Origin: Gekko japonicus
Lineage: Eukaryota
Assembly: GCF_001447785.1 (NCBI RefSeq)
Contig: NW_015161404.1
Span: forward strand, 1,294,931-1,358,930
Direction: 5' to 3'
Length of the DNA: 64,000 nt
Made by a program: the position numbers and the translations under genes
Shown: positions 38,330 to 50,110 of the stretch, piece after piece
Position numbering within the stretch: the first letter of the stretch is position 1
Layout of the letters: each line of letters starts with the position of its first letter
Notes under the pieces: model-generated
What the model saw: only the letters and a program-made list of their open reading frames with translations
The model's database searches: none
What the model was told of the DNA's origin: nothing

Positions 38330-39100
38330 GATTATTATTTATTTTACTTATTTTCATATTTAAACACAGCCACATGGGAAAAACAGAATCTTAACTATAA
38401 AATAAGTTTTTAAAAAAGAAAACCATAGTGAAATTTAATAAAACACCTTTGAACACTACCACTATTTTCATTTAAAATATGAAGCACAGCACAGTAGCAG
38501 AACAATAATTTGCCAAAATTAAAATGAGAGCCACCTTACCTTCTGAATGCCTCACAAAGTTTTAAAAGCCTTAACTAGTTTATGGCAAGTGTACACAAAA
38601 CTGGTTTGGCAGGCTTCCCTGGGGAAGGACTTCAGGAGAGAAGGTGCCAGTATCAAAAAGGCCATGCTGCTTGTCCCTGCCAGTCTAATTTCAGACTAGG
38701 AAGAGAGTCTTGGAGGATCCTGGCATGTATGAGACTGATAAGGGAGAAGACATTCACCCAGGTAACTTGGATTCAGGCTGTGCAGAGCTTTTAAAGGTCA
38801 AAGCCAGCACTTTTAATTCTGGCAGAAATTAATTAGGAGCCCTTTCAGCTGCTTTAGCTCTAGTGTAACAGGCTATCTACAGCCCACTCCAACTATCTAC
38901 AGTTTGCACTAATTGAAGTTTATGAACAGTGTATTAACAGCAGTTCAGCCTAGAGGTTATCAAAGCATGTGTGACACTGAACAGGGTATAATTGTCTAGG
39001 AATGGCTGTAGCTGGTATACCAGTCAAATTTTATACAAAAAGGTACTTTACGCTATTTCAGCCACCTTGAAATCCATGCTGGATCCAGCAGTACTCCCAT
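38330..39100 (-). mobile_element. Old L2 LINE 3' fragment
   Basis: tttaaaggtcaaagccagcactt corresponds to a KVLALTFKAL-like L2 motif; A/T-rich tail on the left. Confidence 0.6.
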
Positions 39101-39246
39101 AATTAGTGTATATGTGTATGTGCTAGGGATGTCAGCCTCCAGGTGTGGCCTGGAGATCTCCCAGAATGACAGCTCCTCATCAGACTACAGAGATCAGTTC
39201 CTCTGGAGAAAATGGATGGTTTAGAGGGTGGACTCTATGGCATTTT

Positions 39247-39698
39247 CATAGAATCCTAGAGATGAAAGGGACCTCCAGGGTCATCAAGTCCAACCACCTG
39301 CACAATGCAGGAAATTTGCAACTACCTCCCCCCATGCTCCCAGTGACCCCTGTTCCATGCCCAGAAGATGGCAAGAAAGCCCCCCCTCCAGGATCCCTAG
39401 CTGAACTGGCCTGGAGAAAATTGCCCCCCAGCCAATGCTCCCTCTAAGCTGTGGAGTCTTGTGAGCAAAACTTCTACTTCATGAGCTACTGGCATTAAAG
39501 TTGTGAGTGAGTGATTTGGATACTGCATAAATTAATTTGCTCTGGAGCCATCCTTCCTGAGCCAAGACAAAAATGTGTCAGACAGAGACGAAAAAACTGT
39601 AAGCTAGCTCACACTAACTCAGCTTAGAGGGAACACTGTTCCTGACCCCACAGTGGTGGTCGACATTTCCCTGGGCATGTAAGAAAGGCCTCGAGAAT
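39247..39698 (-). mobile_element. CR1 3' UTR fragment nested in a MITE
   Basis: catagaatcctagag..gaaagggacctccagggtcatc.agtccaacc is a CR1-type 3' end; the sequence resumes after 39638. Confidence 0.75.
39433..39638 (-). mobile_element. hAT-type MITE (CAGTGTTCCCTCTAAGCTG TIR)
   Basis: 19-bp TIRs; reverse-complement match to 61719-61924; TSD not clear. Confidence 0.88.
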
Positions 39699-41019
39699 TG
39701 ACATTCCTCCCCTCCTCAAACCCCACCCTCCTCAGGTCTTCACTCCTCTCCCCAAATCTCCAAGTATTTCCCAGTCCAGAGCCGGCAACCCTAGTATGTG
39801 CACATATACACTCAGCAGAAGTAACAAGCCAACCCAACAGCAACAGCTGATCCCACCAGCAGAAACCTTCAGCCTTATCTAAGAGCAATTTCCCTAATTT
39901 AAGTCACTTTGATACAGAAATATTCTAGACAGATAATTCTAATTGAGCAAGTATTACATTTTCCTTTCTTCTTTCTCTCCTTATACCAGGTTTTTACCAG
40001 TTTGGTTACTATCCATTATCAGTAATGTGCTCATAAAACATAATGTACTAGCATTATCAATAATGTGCTCATAAAGGATATCATCTTTTTGTATTTTAGC
40101 AGAAATAACAACTATAACAAAATCTGTCTGCTGGTAGCTGACAGAAAATTAAGTAAAGGGAGGCTTATAGATGCCCCTGAAGAGGGTACTCTCATTTTGT
40201 ATCCAGTTGCCTTTTTTGACCGAAGAAAGGATTATGTGACGAGGCAATAACAACAGCAACAAAAGCCTTCTGAGTGTAGTATGGCCCCTAGAAGCAATTT
40301 AATGGAGGCCAGTCTCTGCCACCTCCTGGGGTTAGATTTCAGACCCACAGCTAGGAGAAAAGGTAACAGCACATCCTGATAGCACTGCTTTCTAAGATCA
40401 AGCTCACTGTTTTACATTCCTAAACCCTGTGGGATACTTTCCTCTTTAGTCCATATGGCAACATTCTTGCAGTGATGGCAAATATATCCCCCTGAAAAGA
40501 TGTCTACCTATCCCTGAGATATCTGCCACTGCCCCAGATGTGTGCGGAGACTGCAATGCAGATAAACCTTAAGCAAAAACCTCACTTGCCTTCTTGCAAT
40601 AGAAAGCACACGTGTGACTAGTGACTTTATCTGGGTGAATCAGCAAAGCATGTTCAATGAGTCCAATAGGTTCAATACAAGGAAAGAGTTTTTAAAATAC
40701 TGTTATTGCAGCATCCCTCCACCAAAAAATTATTCAAAACTTTCAAACACTGACTAGAAATATTTTCAGTTTGAGAACACCTGAGCTGCAGTATGTGCTT
40801 GCTGTTGTACCATTTCATTTTAAATTGCTTTGGGTGCACTATGTGACATGGGTTGGGTCACAGTCCTTAGAGGATGTCTGACTTGTCTATGCATACTATT
40901 CACTGGACCATCAGCACTGAAGTTCTCCAGCAAATGAACGTTCCCGAGAAAGGTGTGATGCTGGTCCATTTTGAGTTCTCTTTTTCCTTGGGACCAAAAT
41001 ATATTAATTCTGTAAAAAC

Positions 41020-41190
41020 TGTCATGCTAGATCAGACCAAGGTCTATCTAGTCTAACGTCCTATTTCCAGCAGCAACCATCATATCCCTGGCCATGAAGA
41101 TGTCCTTTACATGTTCTTTGTTCCTGGCATCTGATATTTGGAGGTATATTGTCTCTGCATGTGAAGATTTCATTTAGCTATCCTAGCCAG
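41020..41190 (-). mobile_element. Degenerate CR1 3' UTR
   Basis: catgctagatcagaccaaggtctatctagtc resembles the 25459 copy. Confidence 0.45.
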
Positions 41191-41384
41191 CAGGGTCTCA
41201 CAGGAAGAATCGCAGAGGATATCCAAACTCCTACTACTGAAGAGGGAGGAGGATGCAGCATCCTTGCCAGAGGGCACTGGAACAGGTGACAGAACTCCAA
41301 AAGTGATGATTACAGGACAGAGTGACTAGCAGAACATGGTATTGGTGTGAGTAATGAAATCCCTTACTGGCATCCAGTTCGACT

Positions 41385-42080
41385 AGAAGAGAAGAAGAGA
41401 AGCGAAGAGATTGGATTTATACCCCGCCCTTCACTCGGAATCTCAGAGCAGCTTACAAACTCCTTCCCTTCCCCACAACAGACACTCTGTGAGGTAGGTG
41501 GGGCTGAGAGAGCCCTTTCAAGAACTGCCCTTTCAAGGACAGCTCTGACATAACTATGGCTGGCCCAAGGTCATCCAGCAGCTGCAAGTGGAGGAATAGG
41601 GAATTAAATAGGGTTGCCAGGTCCATCTTCATCCCCAGTGGGGACTTTGGGGGGCATTCCTGGAGGGGGTGGGGCATCCCCAACGTGATGATATCACACT
41701 GGAGATGTCCTGGCTCCAAGCCTCGCCCCCATGGGGCCTGTCCTGCCACTTGGAGATTGGGCACACGGGACCCTTTCCTGCCATGTTCCCTTTAAGTGCA
41801 CACAGCTGGGGAGTCCCGTGTGCCTGATCTCCGAGTGGCAGAGATTGGATGTGGGGGCTGCAGCCACCCCTCTCCCCTTAAGAGAGAAGGGAGAGGGGTT
41901 GCTGTGGGTGTTGGGGCTTGGGGTGGGGCTTCCCCCACCAGCCAGTTGGCTGGTGGCGGGTTGAACCCCCCCAAAAGCTGGTAACCCCACCAAACCAGGG
42001 GGTCTGGCAACCCTAGAATCAAACCCGGTTCTCCCAGATTAGAGTCCATGCATGTAACCACTACACCAAATTGACTAGCC
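41385..42080 (-). mobile_element. Squam3-like SINE split by a MITE
   Basis: 41405-41608 and 42016-42078 are the reverse complement of 35516-35785. Confidence 0.85.
41609..42015. mobile_element. hAT-type MITE (TAGGGTTGCCA family) inserted in the SINE B box
   Basis: TIRs TAGGGTTGCCAG / CTGGCAACCCTA; TSD GAATTAAA/GAATCAAA. Confidence 0.9.
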
Positions 42081-42463
42081 ACACAGTAGTAATGTGAAGG
42101 CTTGAGGGTTCAAGAATGACAGGAGACACAGATCTGCAGAATCTGTCTGACCAGGACTGGCTCAGCAGCGTTTTATTCTTTTCCTTTTCCTTCCCCCCTT
42201 CCCTGTATATCGAAAGCTACAAGAATACTGTGAACTAACATAATAGGATGTGCTCTGCCCACAGCTCACCTTATCTTTACCCGACTCTAGCCAAGTTTCT
42301 TAGCTACAGTGATCTCAGCAGATGTAGCCTTGCACACTACTTCCCAATCTCCCTGTGGGAACATTAACCTCTGGGCATGCCTCCAGAGGTTTGCCGTCCC
42401 CACAGCAATGTGCCTGCATACTACTATAGACATGGTTCTAGCAACTACATCACTGCCTCCACA

Positions 42464-44960
42464 GTCTAGCCGGGTTGTGAGGTGCTGGTCCAGAAGGAGC
42501 TCCGCTGGGCTGTGGCCAGTGGTGGAGCTCGGAGTTGCCCGGTGACCCAAGAGGAAAATTGCCAACCGGTGTTCCCAGTTGCCATGGGTGAGCCACCTGA
42601 AGGAGTCCTTGGTGGTGTGCACCATCCTTTCTGCTTGTCTGTTGGTGGCCGGGTGGAATGGAGCAGACTGGATGTGGCAGATCAGGTAGTGGCCCAAGAA
42701 CTCCTGAAACTCTCCCAATGTGAAAGCAGTCCCATTGTCTGTCATGACCATGTCGGATAGGCTGTGTGTGCAGAAAATCCTAGTGAGACTCACCAGATGG
42801 CTGCCCAGGAGAAGGTAGAGGCAACAGGAACAACCTCCAGCCATCTGGTGTAGGAATCTACCAATACGAAGAATATCTGGCCCTGGAAGGGGCCGGCAAA
42901 GTCCAGGTGCACCCAGGACCATGGGGTGTGGGTGGACTCCCACTGCTGTACAGGAGCTCGAGGGGACTCTGGTTGGGACTCCTGGCAGGCTTGACGGTGC
43001 TTGACCCAAGCCTCGATCTCTCCATCGATCCCTGGCCACCACACATAGCTGCAGGTGAGAGCTTTCATTTGAACGATCCCTGGATGTGTCTTGTGTAGGG
43101 CTGATAAGACTTGCTGGTGCAGGGGGTTTGGTATCACGACTCGGCTTCCCCAAAGCAGGCACCCCGTGTGTGCTGAGAGCTCATCCCAATGAGACGCAAA
43201 AGCTGTAAACTCCGGGCCCACCCAGCTGCTGGGCCATCCCCTCCACACCCAGTCCAAAACATGGGAGAGGATGCAGTCCTTGGCGGAGTGGTGGGCAACA
43301 TCTGCAGCGTGGATAAGCCAGTCAGGGAGTTCCTCAGTGAGGAGGATCTGGTGTGCGGGAGCCGGGTCAGAGTCCACGGAATGCAGCAGCAGGTGGCTGA
43401 GGGTGTCAGTGTGTCCCATCATCTTCCCTGGGTGGTACTGAAGGTTATACTAGTAGCTGGCGAGGAAGATCAACAAACACAAGACCCACAGTGACAACAT
43501 TTGTGGCGTCTGATGATCTGGAGCAAAGAGGTCCAGCAGCAGCTTGTGGTCGGTTACAATGGCCAGTCATACAGGAAGTTGTGGAACTTCTTCCCCCCTG
43601 CCACAATTGCCAAGGCCTCCTTGTGCGTAGCTACATTCGGCGGATGACAAAATGCAGGAGTAGTACGCCACTGGGACCTCCAAGCCATCGGGCAGCTTGT
43701 GCCCCAAGATGGCTCCAACACTATAAGGGGAGGTGTTGCAGGTGAGGATAACCAGTAACTTTTCATCAAAGTGGGCCAGGACTTAATTGGATACCAGCAG
43801 CTCCTTGACCACCTGGAAAGCGTCGGCTTGCCTTCGGCCCCAGACCCAGGAAGCTTTTTTGTCCAGAAGCCAGTGGAGGGGTTCCACGACAGCTGCCTTG
43901 TGTGGCAGGAAGGCATGATAAAAGTTCAATAGGATGAGGAACGCCTGAAGCTCGGCCTTAGATTTTGGTGTGGGAGCGTCGCTGATGGCCTTGACTTTGT
44001 CTTGTGCTGGGTGGATGCCCTCCGCATCCACCAAGAATCTGAGGAAGTCGAGGCGGCAGACACCCAGGAGACACTTTCCCCATTTTACTTTCAACCCGGC
44101 TGACTGGAAGCGCTGAAGGACAGCATGCAGGTGATCGATGAAGGCTTCCTCTGTGGGGGCGGCGATCAGAACATCATAGAAAATGGGTGTGACTCCGAGG
44201 ATTCCTTTAAGAATAGAGTCCATAAGGTTTTGAACTCCCTGGTGTGTCACTATGGTTTGGGCCTCGGCTGTGGCATCATCTACCGGCAATTGTTGGTAGG
44301 CCTGTGCTAAATCCAGTTTCCCGGATATCTTTGTGCCCGCCAACATGGCCAGGACATGGCTGACGACTGGCACCGGGTAGGCATGGTCCTTCAGCACCCT
44401 ATTAATGGTGCACTTGTAGTCTGCGCAAATGCGGACGTCCCCATTGAGTTTAATGGGAGTGGCTATGGGGGTCTCCCAGAGGGCATGGGGGATCGGCTCC
44501 AGAACCCCTTGGGCCACCAATCAATCTAACTCCTCCTCAGTTTTAGGTTTTAGTGCAAAAGGGACAAGCCGGGCCTTGAGCCTTATGTGCCACACTTCTG
44601 GGTTGAGCTGGAGTGAGATGGGGGCAGCAGTGTAACAGCCAAGCATTCATTGTGGTTCACCCCCATCACCTGGAACCTCAAGGGAGCAAACCATGCTAGT
44701 CCCAGCAAACTTGTGTGCCGGCCCTCCACTTCTAATAAGTCCAACAACCCATCAAATTGTCAGTACTTAACTGGGAACTTGACCTTTAATGGCCACCATA
44801 TTCTTTTGAAAATCTCTGAGGATGATGCCAGTTAGTTTAAGGCGAGGCCCTTCTCCCAGGCACAGCCTCCTGAGCGTCTCTGTCGAGATGATGGACATGA
44901 AAGACCCCGTGTCCAACTCCATCATGCAAGGGACACCCTCGATTGACACAGTCACCTTTA
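42464..44960 (-). pseudogene. pol: Gypsy pol pseudogene (protease, RT, RNase H, integrase)
   Basis: PR MELDTGS; RT W.TPI...K.NGDVRICADYK, KLDLAQAYQQL, catalytic motif degenerate (IFYDVLI); RH KEALAIV.G.KKFH; IN H..HPGIV.MKAL..SYVWWPGID..C..C-like, PWSWVHLDFAGPF, TDNGTAFT, APFHPATN.QAER. Confidence 0.92.
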
Positions 44961-44974
44961 ACCTTTTAAATAAG

Positions 44975-45063
44975 TGTTTTTTATTTTGAACAATATATTT
45001 AACAGTACATTCATAACACATATTATCACCGTGTATTAACCAACATTTCAACCTTTAAGAGCT
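44975..45063 (-). mobile_element. AT-rich retroposed insert (LINE-like 3' end) at the gag-pol junction
   Basis: Flanked by CTTTTAAATAAG / CTTTTAAAAAAG direct repeats; ends AATAAAAAACA on the minus strand. Confidence 0.55.
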
Positions 45064-45075
45064 CTTTTAAAAAAG

Positions 45076-45950
45076 CACTTGGGCAAGTGTACTACCTGCA
45101 GTGGCTGGACAGATGTGGTGTGTAGCTCTTCAAGGTGCATGGACTCCTGGTGAGTGGCTTGTCTCCTCCAGGTTCCCCTTGAGCGGCAGGCACTTGCGAT
45201 GTGGCCAGACTTCCTGCAGCTCCGGCACGTCACATCCCTTAAGTGGCAGGAGCCTTGTTCGTGGGGGTCTCCGCAGCTGGTGGAGAGCATTGATGTGGCA
45301 GTCTCGACGACACGGCTTGGGCACAAACCGGATAAGGCAGATGGGCAAGTGTCTCAGTGGGCTAGATGGTGCGTCTGCAGGACCTCCTCACTGTCGGACA
45401 CGTTGGAGGTTGAGGAAATGGTGGCTCAGTGAACTGCAGCGGCATGGCAGTCCGTCTTCTGGTGGCCAACCTCCCGGGACTTCTCGAATGCCGCAGCCTC
45501 TCGGATCGCCTTTTGGAGGTTAGTGTCCTCCTGGCTGATGAGCTTGCGATGGAGCTTCTTGTCCCAGAGCCCAAACACGAAACGGTCGAGGTGGGCTTCT
45601 TCGAGGTTCTGGAAGGGCAGCGACATAGCAGAGGCTGATTTGTTGGGCCTCTGGTTCTGCTTGAAGAAATTGAGGTGGCAAGCCAATCGGGTGGGCTGGG
45701 GCGCGAAGTGGTTGGTGAGCACTGTGATGAAACCATCGAAAGTGGTGAGCTGCAATAAGGTCGGCGTGATGAGTCCCTGAGCTAGCTCCAGGGTGGCGAT
45801 TCCACAAGAGCTGAGCAGCAGTGCCTTCTTCTTGGTGGTGCCCTCACTTCCCTAGAACTCCACAAAGTACTTCAGGCATTCCATCCAGGCCTCCCATTTC
45901 TCTGGGTGAGTGGGGTCGAACTCTGGGAGTAGTCCTGGAGCAACAGCCAT
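45076..45950 (-). pseudogene. gag: Gypsy gag pseudogene
   Basis: PEFDP..EKWEAW.E start, L..HFAPQP, DRFVFGL.D..L.RKL, zinc knuckle CRSCRKSGHIASAC; frameshifted. Confidence 0.85.
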
Positions 45951-46030
45951 GGTCCCGGTTGCAGTGTAATGTGTGTGGCCTGGAGCTTGGTGTGCGGTGC
46001 AGTGCAGATGGGCGCTAGGTTCGCTCAATA

Positions 46031-46050
46031 GGATCCCACATTCGTCGCCA
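46031..46050 (-). other. Primer-binding site (tRNA-Ser(GCU)-like)
   Basis: Minus strand TGGCGACGAATGTGGGAT one base after the LTR end; resembles the complement of the tRNA-Ser(GCU) 3' end (TGGCGACGAGGATGGGAT). Confidence 0.75.
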
Positions 46051-46051
46051 T

Positions 46052-46314
46052 TGTTAAATACTGGGTTCCATGGATGGTCTGACCCCAAGCTTAGTGATCA
46101 GCTCAGCTTTATTAGTGATTCAGCAGATACAAGACAAAACTCCAGAGCAACAGCCTGCAAACACCATACTCAACTCCCAATGATAGACTATTTACATAAC
46201 ATTAATTCCTCATTGGTCACCTCCAGAGTCCTTGTGGGCTATTGTTCTAGAGCTCCAAGCTCAGCCAGTCTCTGATAAAACAGTCCTGGAATGTTCCAGT
46301 CCCAATACGTAACA
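46052..46314 (-). repeat. 5' LTR of the Gypsy element (~263 bp)
   Basis: TGTTA...TAACA termini; AATAAA on minus at ~46108-46113; adjacent to the PBS. Confidence 0.8.
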
Positions 46315-46356
46315 CAATACTTGTCAGATCTATCTAATGAAGTAGTCATCATGGAA

Positions 46357-46587
46357 TTGGATCCAGCAGTAATTTCCACTGAAAGAAGGGATTTCCATCA
46401 GTTTAGTTTCTTGCCTCCCTGTCCCACTGCACCCTGAACCGCACCCTGAAATCCTGCTCTTGGGGGACAGGGAACACCCCTCCCCCGGGATCATTATGAG
46501 ATGGGAATATAGGGTCTGCAGTGAAAAAGGAGAATCTGTGAAAAATGGCCTCCCCTTCTGTTAGTTGAGATCTACTACTGGATCCAA
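46357..46587. mobile_element. MITE with TTGGATCCAG TIRs (Harbinger-like)
   Basis: ttggatccagcagta / tactactggatccaa inverted termini. Confidence 0.6.
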
Positions 46588-48129
46588 CTGACAGAAGTGA
46601 ATGCCAAAAACCAATGAACAATTGTATGAAGTGTTTTGTTTCTGCCTTTTCCGTGTATTAGATAAATGTTGGGCACACTTCAAACCTGTGAGAACTGCTT
46701 TGCCTCCCTGAACCCGACCTACTACAGCCAGACACAAAATGGCAGATCAAAGTAAATCCCACCAAATTAAATGGTCCTTACTCAGTGTGCATAGCAATGC
46801 AACAGGCATACTGAAAACACCTGATTTACAACTAGGCATATGTATTCATCTTGGAATGAATTACATTTCAAAATTATAATCACCCTACTTCAGAACTGCT
46901 GGGGGGGGCTTTCAAGTGCTCTGAGTTGAATCAAAGCCATACAAAGCAAAGTCATCCAAAATGACTTCGAGATGCTTTGGATGGTTGGTTGATCAATTTG
47001 GTATTGCCACCTATCTATTTTTTATTGGCCTGATGGCTTCTGAGCAGCTAGAGGAAGAGGGGGAGGCCAGGCAAGGAACAACATGATTGACAGATCTGAG
47101 CTGTCAATAAGACACATAACAGCTGAATGAAAGCTCCTAATTGGTGTTTAATTTGCTTCCTCTTCCAATCACTGTGATATTCTTGGGAAGGAACTATGGC
47201 AATGTGAAAACTTGTCTTCTCTGTGTTGTGTGAATTCTCTCTTGAAGCAAACATTAGCAGGAGCATTTGGTGTGTTGTTTAAATGAATAAATTCCTTCCC
47301 ATTCCTTTAATTAATTAATATGTCTGGGCCTGCATTAGTTTCACTTGGACTCAGCACTTAAATTACATATTCCCATTCAATAGGGATTTCTTTGAGAAAC
47401 CCTGTACCTATTTTTCATTTTTCTGTATTTTCTGTGGTCTTTGATGCAAATTGAGCAGAAATCAAAAACAACTATAAACTCAAATAATCTCAATGGATAA
47501 CTCCTAAGATCCTGCATTTGTCATGTTGCACTTTTCAGGGCTCTTGCAGGAGCACCTCTCTATTCCCAGTGAGGGGGTGTGTTTTTTTGCCAAATGGCGG
47601 CAAAACTGTATGGCATGACCAGCAGAAACCTTTGAAAATGATCAAATATCAGTTGCCCTAGTACTTATTTGGATGACATTTAACAAGCTTCATCTCCACA
47701 TGGAGGCTTTCCATCCCTTTATATAATTTTGAAAAGATTTAAAAAATGTTTTTACAGTGAATTGAAATTAGAGCCCTGGATAAGTTCTTGATCTTGGGAA
47801 CTTCCACCTACAAAGAAGACACTGTATCACTGAGCCATGGCCCCGTAATCCCCCCCACACACACACACACTTCCTAGGTCAGCTCAGTGTAGCCTGGCAG
47901 CAGCCTTCAAAATGAAACAATCTGGGCTAACAGGAGGGGGAAAACAAGTTAAGGGGGGGGCATTCCAAGTGGCTTCTAGCAGTTCTACCTGCTGTGCCAC
48001 AAAGCATCACCTACTTTACTCGCCTGCTTTGCTGCATCAGCGGCTACCACTCCCTTCTCCTTTTCTCCACCTCCACGCTGCAGTGTAGTGCTCTCATCCT
48101 GACCTCATCCTGTGCCAAAAGCAGAATAT

Positions 48130-48830
48130 TCATTTGCTTACTTGTATTTATAGGCTGCCTTTCAACAGTGGTTCTCATCATAACATGCTAATTAAAACAA
48201 TAACACCTAAATATACAAATTAAAAATCCCACAATAAAACAGAATCAAAATGAAACAAACCCAGTAGGAGAATATTGTTTCTAAAGAACTTGGCACCCCA
48301 GAGCTTGGCAGATGAGATCAAAAGGAGCCAAGGGAAGATGGCAAATTAACCTCCTTCATAAGGACATTCCAGAGTTCCAGGGCTATCACAGAAAGAGTCC
48401 TGTATGATAATTTGGCATCCAGAAGAGATCGTATTGTGATAGATGTCTCATAGACAGATTTAGAAACTCGGGAAAGGGGGTATATATGCATGTACATGGT
48501 CCCTGGTATAACCAGGTCATTTGAGGCTCTATAGGTCAAAAAAAGCATCTTAAATTGATTCCTGAAACACAGTGACTATCAGTGCAGCTATTTTAGAAAA
48601 GGTGTAATATGACTTATACCTATCAGAGTCATGCAGCAGCATTCTAAATCAGCTGAACTTCCCTAATCATCTTCAAGGGTAGCTCTAGGTAGAGTATACT
48701 GTGACAGACTCATCTGAAAGTCATCAAGGTGTGATTGACAATAGCCAGCTCTCTATCACCTATCTGCTAAAAAGTGCTGAAGGCTGCAGTCACTACCTGA
48801 GCATTCAAGAGCAGTGGGACTAGACTAATG
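48130..48830 (-). mobile_element. Old L2 LINE 3' fragment
   Basis: Peptide LFLTYRA...P..YM...RSLL...RTLSVIALELWNVL resembles the L2 ORF2 C-terminus; A-rich tail. Confidence 0.65.
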
Positions 48831-49322
48831 TAAAACTATGTTTACAATACCATGTTTGTTTATAATTGCTGGATTGATTTCCTTACTTTATTTATACAGT
48901 TTGCTGCTGAACATCATGCAGCAACAATAGACAGTGGGAAGGGGGGGGGCAAGGATTCCCATCAGGCTCTGTGGGAATATGTATGCATGAAACACTGCTC
49001 TTTGCACGGTGCTGGATTGTTTGACTATGTGAAAGCAACCAAAGAAAAGACGCAGACTATTCCCAAACAGCTGAAATGATTGGCAAAAAAAATCTTCTCC
49101 TTATTCATGATTGGAGAACAGATCATGAGTTTAACCAGTGAGCCTTCAGTGTCGCTGGTTGGATCTACAAGCACCTTCAAGCTACAGACTTTCCCTTAAG
49201 GAAGTGAGTCACCCCATCCAGAGCAAATATTTCTCCTGCTAGTAGGTGCATTGAGTCCCCACACCATCATCTACTCCACCTTCTGTGAATTGAGGTTTTA
49301 AGTTTGTTTACCTTCCTCTAAT

Positions 49323-49661
49323 GGAGCTGCGGTGGCTCAAGTGGTTAAGACGCTGAACTGCAGGCTGTGCAAGGTCAGTAGTTCAGCAGTAGAGACCCGG
49401 GGGCCGCAAGACAGAGTGAGCTTCCATCTCTAGTTCCAACCTAGCAGTTCGAAAGCAAGAAATTGCAAGTAGATAAATAGGTACCACTTCGGTGGGAAGG
49501 TAACAGCATTCCGTGCGCCTTAGTGTTTAGTCATGCTAGCCACATGACCACGGAAACGTCTTCGGACAGCGCTGGCTCTTCGGCTTTGAAATGGAGATGA
49601 GCACCGCAACCCTAGAGTCGGATTCGACTGGCTTTCGAGCAAGGGAACCTTTACCTTTACC
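49323..49661 (+). mobile_element. Sauria SINE
   Basis: tRNA-like head, Sauria core, (ACCTTT)n tail; TSD TTTACCTTCCTCTA (49307-49320 / 49662-49675) overlapping the tail. Confidence 0.92.
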
Positions 49662-49763
49662 TTTACCTTCCTCTATGTACATGTATATACTGCGCAAGCA
49701 TAGGCTCTGTCCTGCAGTTGGGCACCACTGGATGGAGCCTACACTCATACAGTTTGTATGTAT

Positions 49764-49827
49764 GCAGTCTCTGTGCCAATATCAGACTTACAGGTTAAGC
49801 AGTCTCTGTGCCAATATCAGACTTACA
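49764..49827. repeat. 29-bp direct duplication
   Basis: gcagtctctgtgccaatatcagacttaca at 49764 and 49799. Confidence 0.95.
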
Positions 49828-49930
49828 TAAACAGGTTGGGACAACAATGCTAATGGCATGATCCCATTGCCCCTCTATACAAATTGTCAATACATGTACA
49901 TTGTTTCCTCTAGAGGTGTCATGGCCGGGC

Positions 49931-50110
49931 GGGGGCACGAGGTTCATTGGTAGAGCATCTGCTTGGCATGAAGATGGTCCCAGGTTCAATCCCCATGACC
50001 TCCAGGTAAAAGAATCAGGTACTAGGTGATGTGACAGACCGCCATTCTGAGTAGGCAAGACTTTGATGGACCAAGGATCTGATTCAGTATAAAAGGGCTT
50101 CATGTGTGTG
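49931..50110 (+). mobile_element. tRNA(Ala-like)-derived SINE
   Basis: ggtagagcatctgcttggcatg..ggtcccaggttcaatcccc; family of 28500. Confidence 0.8.

Larger units (their letters stand above)
39124..39793. mobile_element. hAT-type MITE (5823 subfamily) interrupted by CR1 and a second MITE
   Basis: TAGGGATGTCAG / CCGGCAACCCTA termini; perfect TSD GTATGTGC; both halves match 5823-6037. Confidence 0.88.
42464..46314 (-). mobile_element. Decayed Gypsy/Ty3 LTR retrotransposon (Mag-like), 3'-truncated
   Basis: Order LTR-PBS-gag(CCHC)-PR-RT-RH-IN on the minus strand; many stops and frameshifts; no 3' LTR. Confidence 0.92.

Noticed and set aside
40170-40250. Penelope-type hammerhead ribozyme (cctgaagag...)
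   Set aside because: The matching GAAA core and helices could not be identified
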